A DNA stretch of 11,435 nucleotides, taken from NCBI GenBank assembly GCA_037441385.1, contig JBBISH010000162.1, forward strand, positions 1 through 11,435. The letters are read 5' to 3'. Positions 8,201-11,435 of the stretch are shown here, piece after piece. Positions within the stretch are counted from its first letter, which is position 1. Each line of letters begins with the position of its first letter. Made by a program: the position numbers and the translations under genes. Under the pieces are notes generated by a model. That model had not been told where the DNA came from. It did not search any database and was given only the letters and a program-made list of their open reading frames with translations. Source of the DNA: Myxococcales bacterium. GTDB lineage: Bacteria > Myxococcota_A > UBA9042.

Positions 8201-8458
8201 CTGTATGTGATTCTGGAAGGCAACATCGACATCATGAAGGGCAAAGAGCACCTGGCCACCCTGGGCACCAAAGAGTGTTTTGGCGAGATGGCCTTGCTGG
8301 ATCAGGCCCCGCGCATGGCCAGCGCCCGCGCCCACACCGATGCGGATCTGCTCGCGATTTCGCGCGACGACTTCCAAGACTTGCTGGACATGCACCCGGC
8401 GCTGGCCCGCGGCATCATCCGCGTGCTGACCCAGCGACTCCGCGGCGCCCAGGACTGA
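5297..8458 (+). CDS. Npt1/Npt2 (TLC ATP/ADP translocase-like) MFS transporter fused to HEAT repeats and a cyclic-nucleotide-binding domain
   Basis: About 12 hydrophobic helices up to ~6650, with family-typical motifs (RQGKRLFPVF, IIDFQF, RAKTLIDGVVYR). HEAT-like repeats follow (LLHDASPEVRLNAVVSMG, VRSNAIELLD). The C-terminal cNMP domain has FAEGQPGNHLYVILEG and FGEMALLDQAPRMASA. Start is uncertain: ATG 5297 is preferred, but the frame is open from TTG 5240. Confidence 0.88.
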   Translation: MSQAASATSSQSVPALRSSRSVMDWLFHQVFSLRRIDLPVLWLLGPLFGVVTAASVIIATFTKTAFLVEYDVGALPIMFLASSVFTAVISMAYVGAVERVSLAPRFVGLVGVALVSFGLLHALYPLQPKAVALAQLVWGTGLSQLMLVQSWNMSSSLLPSRQGKRLFPVFAALSTLGAAAGGGLVSLGLKVVEARQLIWLVLLLLIYPLLRVRPIIRQLQWNLDAHSSNEVAPALAAPETASSGAQRQVMEEILRGFKGIASSPLLLRLASLVFLLQTASLIIDFQFSTELKLHYSRNEMAGFLGTYYAIANTVAFFVALMATSRIVRLVGIGVAISASAIFVGAGSAWYFGAARLGLGSPFWAVVATSFLERIFQFALTRNAMQMLVAPLDSKKGERAKTLIDGVVYRVATAGTSLLLLFFRPTSEKLALLAPVTIVACIGVVLVGLSMNPWYRKALFEGLRARRVDSDVDAQTRALLLRSAMGEVRERLASKEVRDIRAALDIIRDSKLPVEVADLLPAAKHTDPDVARRALELMNEVGLLPSESALLDLLQRDRPPAVLREVLRLLQNYPNAKHIGPVSHMVDHPDLGVARLATMWLHKTGGSSIAEQLQDQLRADMQSPVAEQRARAAYISGMYRQEPQEGLVQLLHDASPEVRLNAVVSMGQIGAPEFIDPLIDCLGRGDLVTAAQAALARYGPTLVAHVRVRVQQRPPGLAIQLRLLRVVEHFGNEAAVKFLMEQAESQASVVRNNAVQSLWRLARDPEAPRPPSAWLRARVLSEIEALQLLQRVDLRTRGDSAPLKFFAAELAALRLQSEMRGFRLLGLLGARAPLHRAYLHYRSEHQRVRSNAIELLDQHLGDEELKPFVALVERIEPAASNDGDLGDGNVVINLLSGADPWLGRVWAWTQAPQGGRMTRDPMDLVFLLKGVPLLSDLSGEQLLPVAEIVQHVHVEGGDLVFAEGQPGNHLYVILEGNIDIMKGKEHLATLGTKECFGEMALLDQAPRMASARAHTDADLLAISRDDFQDLLDMHPALARGIIRVLTQRLRGAQD

Positions 8459-8473
8459 TCGGCGCAAACCGCG

Positions 8474-9463
8474 ATGGCGGCCTACCGCAAGGACACGGGA
8501 CACAAGTTGACAGATAATAAGTTGACAAACATCAAGTCACAGCCCAAGACGGCAGCCAAGGCGCGCCAGAGCGTCCCGGCCTCGCAGGTGCGCACGGCGC
8601 TGCTGCCGGATCAGTCGCCGGCGCTGTTGCAGGCGCTGCACCTGTTGACCCGCACGGGCGACCTCAACGCAGACGCCTTGCGCAAACTCAAGCAAATCAA
8701 CCACCTGTACGGTCTACTCCGGCCGCTGCTCGAACCGCTGTGGATCAGCGACGACGGGCAGCCCAGCGGGGCGCCGCTCGTGGTCGACGCGGGCGCGGGC
8801 AACAGCTACTTGGGTTTTGTGTTGTACGAGCTGCTTTGGGGCCCGCTGGGGCGCGGCGAGCTGTGGGGGGTCGAGACGCGCGCCGACTTGGTCGAGCGGG
8901 TGCGACAGCGGGCGCAAGAGCTTGGTTTTGCACGCATGTTCATGGCCCAGTCCAGCGTGGCGGGGATCGGCGAGGTGCCCGAGCTGGCTGGTCGCAAGGT
9001 CGACGCAGTGGTGGCCCTGCATGCCTGCGACACCGCCACCGACGAGGCGCTTTTGCTGGGCCTCGCCCAAAAATCGGCCGTGATTGCCGTGGTTCCGTGC
9101 TGCCAGGCCGAGCTGTCGCGGCTGCTCAGTGGCGGCAGCGCCGTCCGCACTGCTTTGGGCCCGCTGTGGCGCCACCCGATGCACCGCCGCGAGTTCGGCG
9201 CCCACCTCACCAACGTCGTGCGCGGCCTGGTGCTAGAGGCGCACGGGTACCAAGTGACCGTCACCGAGCTGACCGGCTGGGAGCACTCGCTCAAAAACGA
9301 GGTGCTGCTGGCACGGCGCGTGCAAGGGCGCAACCCCTTGGCGCTACGGCAACTCTATCAACTCCTGGCCCAGCTGCCGCCCTTGCCGATGCACCTCTTG
9401 ACCGAGCTGGGCCTGGTCGACGCCGACGGCAACCCTACCCCCAAGACCGAGGTACAGTCCTGA
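8474..9463 (+). CDS. Class I SAM-dependent methyltransferase (Methyltransf_32-like)
   Basis: Motif I VVDAGAGNSYLG, post-I WGVE, and the family motifs ALHACDTATD, VVPCC and EHSLKN. Start is uncertain (alternative TTGs at 8507 and 8522). Confidence 0.88.
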   Translation: MAAYRKDTGHKLTDNKLTNIKSQPKTAAKARQSVPASQVRTALLPDQSPALLQALHLLTRTGDLNADALRKLKQINHLYGLLRPLLEPLWISDDGQPSGAPLVVDAGAGNSYLGFVLYELLWGPLGRGELWGVETRADLVERVRQRAQELGFARMFMAQSSVAGIGEVPELAGRKVDAVVALHACDTATDEALLLGLAQKSAVIAVVPCCQAELSRLLSGGSAVRTALGPLWRHPMHRREFGAHLTNVVRGLVLEAHGYQVTVTELTGWEHSLKNEVLLARRVQGRNPLALRQLYQLLAQLPPLPMHLLTELGLVDADGNPTPKTEVQS

Positions 9464-9465
9464 AA

Positions 9466-10521
9466 ATGCTGCGTTTCTTGTCCGCGACCCTGTTCGCCGT
9501 TCTGCTTGCCCCCCTGATTGTGACGACTAGCCTGGCCGAGCCTTTGGCGCCCCTGGACGCCGCGGGCCGCGCTCAAATGGCCGCGCCGGTAGAGGATCCC
9601 GCGCCCAAGACGCTGCTGGGCCAGGCGCCGGGGCTAGAAAACAAGCACTATCTGGTGGGCAACGAGTGGCATCTGGACCTGTACGCGCCCAAAATCCCAG
9701 CGCTGGGCGGGGCTTATCTGGGGGTCGGCTCGGATCAGGCGTACATCTTCTTGGGCATGGTGCGCCCGCAGGTCGCCTGGCTGACCGACTACGACGACCT
9801 GGTCGTGCAATTGCACAAGATCTACTTTGCCTTCTTGGCCGAGGCCGCCGACAACGACGCGTTCATGAAGCTGTGGAGCGACGAGGCCGCCGGCAGCGCC
9901 ATCTTGGGCAAGCGCCTGGCGGGCGACGCCGAGGCCGCAGAGCTGGGCAAGTTCTACAAGCGCCAGCGCGGCCGCATCTACGAACGCTTGCAGCGGGTGA
10001 GCAAGGGCTTCAGCAAGACCAAGGCGCACTGCTACTTGAACGACGCCGAGACCTACGCCTTTGTGCGCAGCCTGGTGACCGGTGGCCGCCTGCGCGCCAT
10101 GCGCGTGGATCTGCTGGCCGACAAGGGCGTAGTCAGCATCGCCGCCGCGGCGCGCGCGTTGGGCCAACCGGTGCGCGCCATCTACCTGTCCAACGCCGAG
10201 AATTACTGGAACTACTCCAAGCAGTTCCGCGCCAACATGGCGGCCCTGCCCTTTGACGACAAGGCGCTGGTCATCCGCACCGTGTCGACTTGGGACTGGA
10301 ACTACGACTACTCGTACAACCTGCAGCCCGCCCAGAACTTCTTGGGCTGGCTGGCCAAACCATGGGTGCACGGCTACCGCGATTTCGTGCACTGGAAGCG
10401 GCCCGAGGCGAGTGAGTTCCTGTTCTTTGAGACCAAGGGCGACCCCGAGGCAGAGGAGCAGGCCCGCCAAAAACGCAAGGGCGTCAAGGCCCCAAGCGCC
10501 AAGCCGAAATCGGCCCCCTGA
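9466..10521 (+). CDS. Secreted hypothetical protein (351 aa) with Rossmann/methyltransferase-like motifs
   Basis: ATG lies 2 nt after the upstream TGA. Sec-type signal peptide MLRFLSATLFAVLLAPLIVTTSLA|EP. Motifs GGAYLGVGSDQ, WLTDYD, RVDL and AIYLSNAENYW. High GC3 in this frame from 9466. Confidence 0.82.
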   Translation: MLRFLSATLFAVLLAPLIVTTSLAEPLAPLDAAGRAQMAAPVEDPAPKTLLGQAPGLENKHYLVGNEWHLDLYAPKIPALGGAYLGVGSDQAYIFLGMVRPQVAWLTDYDDLVVQLHKIYFAFLAEAADNDAFMKLWSDEAAGSAILGKRLAGDAEAAELGKFYKRQRGRIYERLQRVSKGFSKTKAHCYLNDAETYAFVRSLVTGGRLRAMRVDLLADKGVVSIAAAARALGQPVRAIYLSNAENYWNYSKQFRANMAALPFDDKALVIRTVSTWDWNYDYSYNLQPAQNFLGWLAKPWVHGYRDFVHWKRPEASEFLFFETKGDPEAEEQARQKRKGVKAPSAKPKSAP

Positions 10522-10570
10522 GCGTGGTGCCTTGATTCCGCGGCCGCGCAGAGGCACCCTGCAAGGCATG

Positions 10571-10589
10571 GGCGCAAGCGCGCCTTTTT
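10571..10589 (+). terminator. Possible weak intrinsic terminator
   Basis: GGCGC-aagc-GCGCC stem (5 bp) followed by TTTTT, about 50 nt after the 10521 stop. Confidence 0.35.
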
Positions 10590-10597
10590 GAGGCAAC

Positions 10598-11104
10598 GTG
10601 CGTCGCCCAACCCCTGCGCTTTCCGCTGCGCTCCTGGCCATCGCCACGCTCTGGTCGTCGCCCAGCCACGCCGAGACTCCCCGCGTAAGTCTGCATACGG
10701 CCGCGCAAAGTGCCGACATCATCGTGCTCGCGACCGCAGACCGCAAGCTGACCGAGCAAACCGAGCAGCCCGACAGCGGCACCCCGCCGTTCGCGCGCCT
10801 GCAATGGCGCCTCAATGTCACGCAAGTACTGAAAGGCAAAGGGCTGAAACCGGGCCAGCTGCTGCTGGTCGACGAGCCGGCCTGGCGTCTGGACCTGCAA
10901 GCGGTGCGCGCCTGCCGCGGGCGCACGCCGTGCACCATGCCCAACAAAGTGCAGATGGCGACTACGCTTTCGCGGCCGCCCAAGTCCGGTGATCGCGTGC
11001 TCGTGTTGCTGCGCCACACCCGCGACGGCTGGGCGCTGGCGTTCGAGGCGGCCATGGACGACCCGTCCCGAGCCGGCGAGTTGCGCCTGGGAGGCGGCAA
11101 ATGA
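10598..11104 (+). CDS. Small secreted hypothetical protein (168 aa)
   Basis: GAGG RBS at 10590-10593, GTG start and a signal peptide ending SPSHA|E. The pattern ADIIVLA...NVTQVLKG...GDRVLVLL suggests a small beta/OB-type fold. One Cys pair. The stop overlaps the next ATG (ATGA). Confidence 0.78.
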   Translation: MRRPTPALSAALLAIATLWSSPSHAETPRVSLHTAAQSADIIVLATADRKLTEQTEQPDSGTPPFARLQWRLNVTQVLKGKGLKPGQLLLVDEPAWRLDLQAVRACRGRTPCTMPNKVQMATTLSRPPKSGDRVLVLLRHTRDGWALAFEAAMDDPSRAGELRLGGGK

Positions 11105-11435
11105 TCCGCAAACTCCTGCCCTTCCTTGCTATCGCCGGCCTTGCGCTGCCCAGCGCGGCCCACGCCAAGACCGTGGTCTGCCCAGGCCCCGACACCCTGC
11201 CCGGCATCGACGTGTCGTACTGGCAAGGCAACATCGATTGGGCCAAGGTCAAGGCGTCGGGCAAGAAGTACGTCATCATGCGGGCGGCCCACGCGCTGTC
11301 GGTGGATACGAAATTCGATTTCAATTGGTCGCAGTGCCACGCCCAGGGTCTGCATTGCGGCGTGTACCAGTTCTTTGAGCCGGATATCGACCCCATCAAG
11401 CAGGCCGACCTGATGCTGTCCAAGATGGGCAAGCT
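11101..11435 (+). CDS. Secreted glycoside hydrolase family 25 (lysozyme/muramidase), 3'-truncated
   Basis: GGGAGG RBS at 11089-11094 and an ATGA overlap. Manual translation: MIRKLLPFLAIAGLALPSAAHA|KTVVCPGPDTLPGIDVSYWQGNIDWAKVKASGKKYVIMRAAHALSVDTKFDFNWSQCHAQGLHCGVYQFFEP... The segments GIDVSxWQG.IDW, D..F..NW and GxYxF are GH25 signatures. Confidence 0.92.
   Translation, partial: MIRKLLPFLAIAGLALPSAAHAKTVVCPGPDTLPGIDVSYWQGNIDWAKVKASGKKYVIMRAAHALSVDTKFDFNWSQCHAQGLHCGVYQFFEPDIDPIKQADLMLSKMGK

Noticed and set aside
6158..8503. Long minus-strand ORFs (781 aa here; also 9634-11355, 2064-3248, 3558-4589, 354-1190)
   Set aside because: Antisense shadows of real + strand genes, expected with high GC3 bias. 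They have no recognisable motifs.
5167..8517. Alternative-frame + strand ORFs (5167-6675, 7090-8517; similarly 2306-3586)
   Set aside because: Arg/Gly/Ala-rich off-frame translations overlapping well-supported genes. No sign of a frameshift in the main frames.
8507..8550. Canonical sigma70 promoter from either TTGACA
   Set aside because: The hexamers 17 bp downstream (CATCAA, CAAGAC) are poor -10 matches. Kept only as a repeat observation.
8740..9465. N-terminal 242 aa of the 593-aa ORF 8740..10521
   Set aside because: Overlaps the methyltransferase in another frame and reads as Arg/Ala/Gly-rich noise. The real protein starts at ATG 9466 with a signal peptide.

Overview
A GC-rich bacterial window. 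The style (Cys-rich lipoproteins, GAGG-type RBSs) suggests Myxococcota or another deltaproteobacterium, but this is inference. It holds eight genes, all on the + strand. Left block: a 5'-truncated probable outer-membrane beta-barrel protein, a lipoprotein, and a 944-aa lipoprotein with five Cys-rich repeats and a C-terminal alpha/beta-hydrolase (GHSQG). Next is a ~350-bp intergenic region with a ~173-bp element closed by an imperfect inverted repeat and containing several hairpins, followed by a sigma70-like promoter. Right block: an Npt/TLC-like MFS transporter fused to HEAT repeats and a cNMP-binding domain, a class I SAM methyltransferase, a secreted protein with methyltransferase-like motifs, a small secreted protein, and a 3'-truncated GH25 muramidase that is absent from the ORF track. 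The two strongest leads are (1) a perfect AAGGAGG plus in-frame ATG at the start of the transporter's cNMP domain, suggesting a second nested protein, and (2) the structured intergenic element. No rRNA, tRNA, CRISPR array or transposase was seen.
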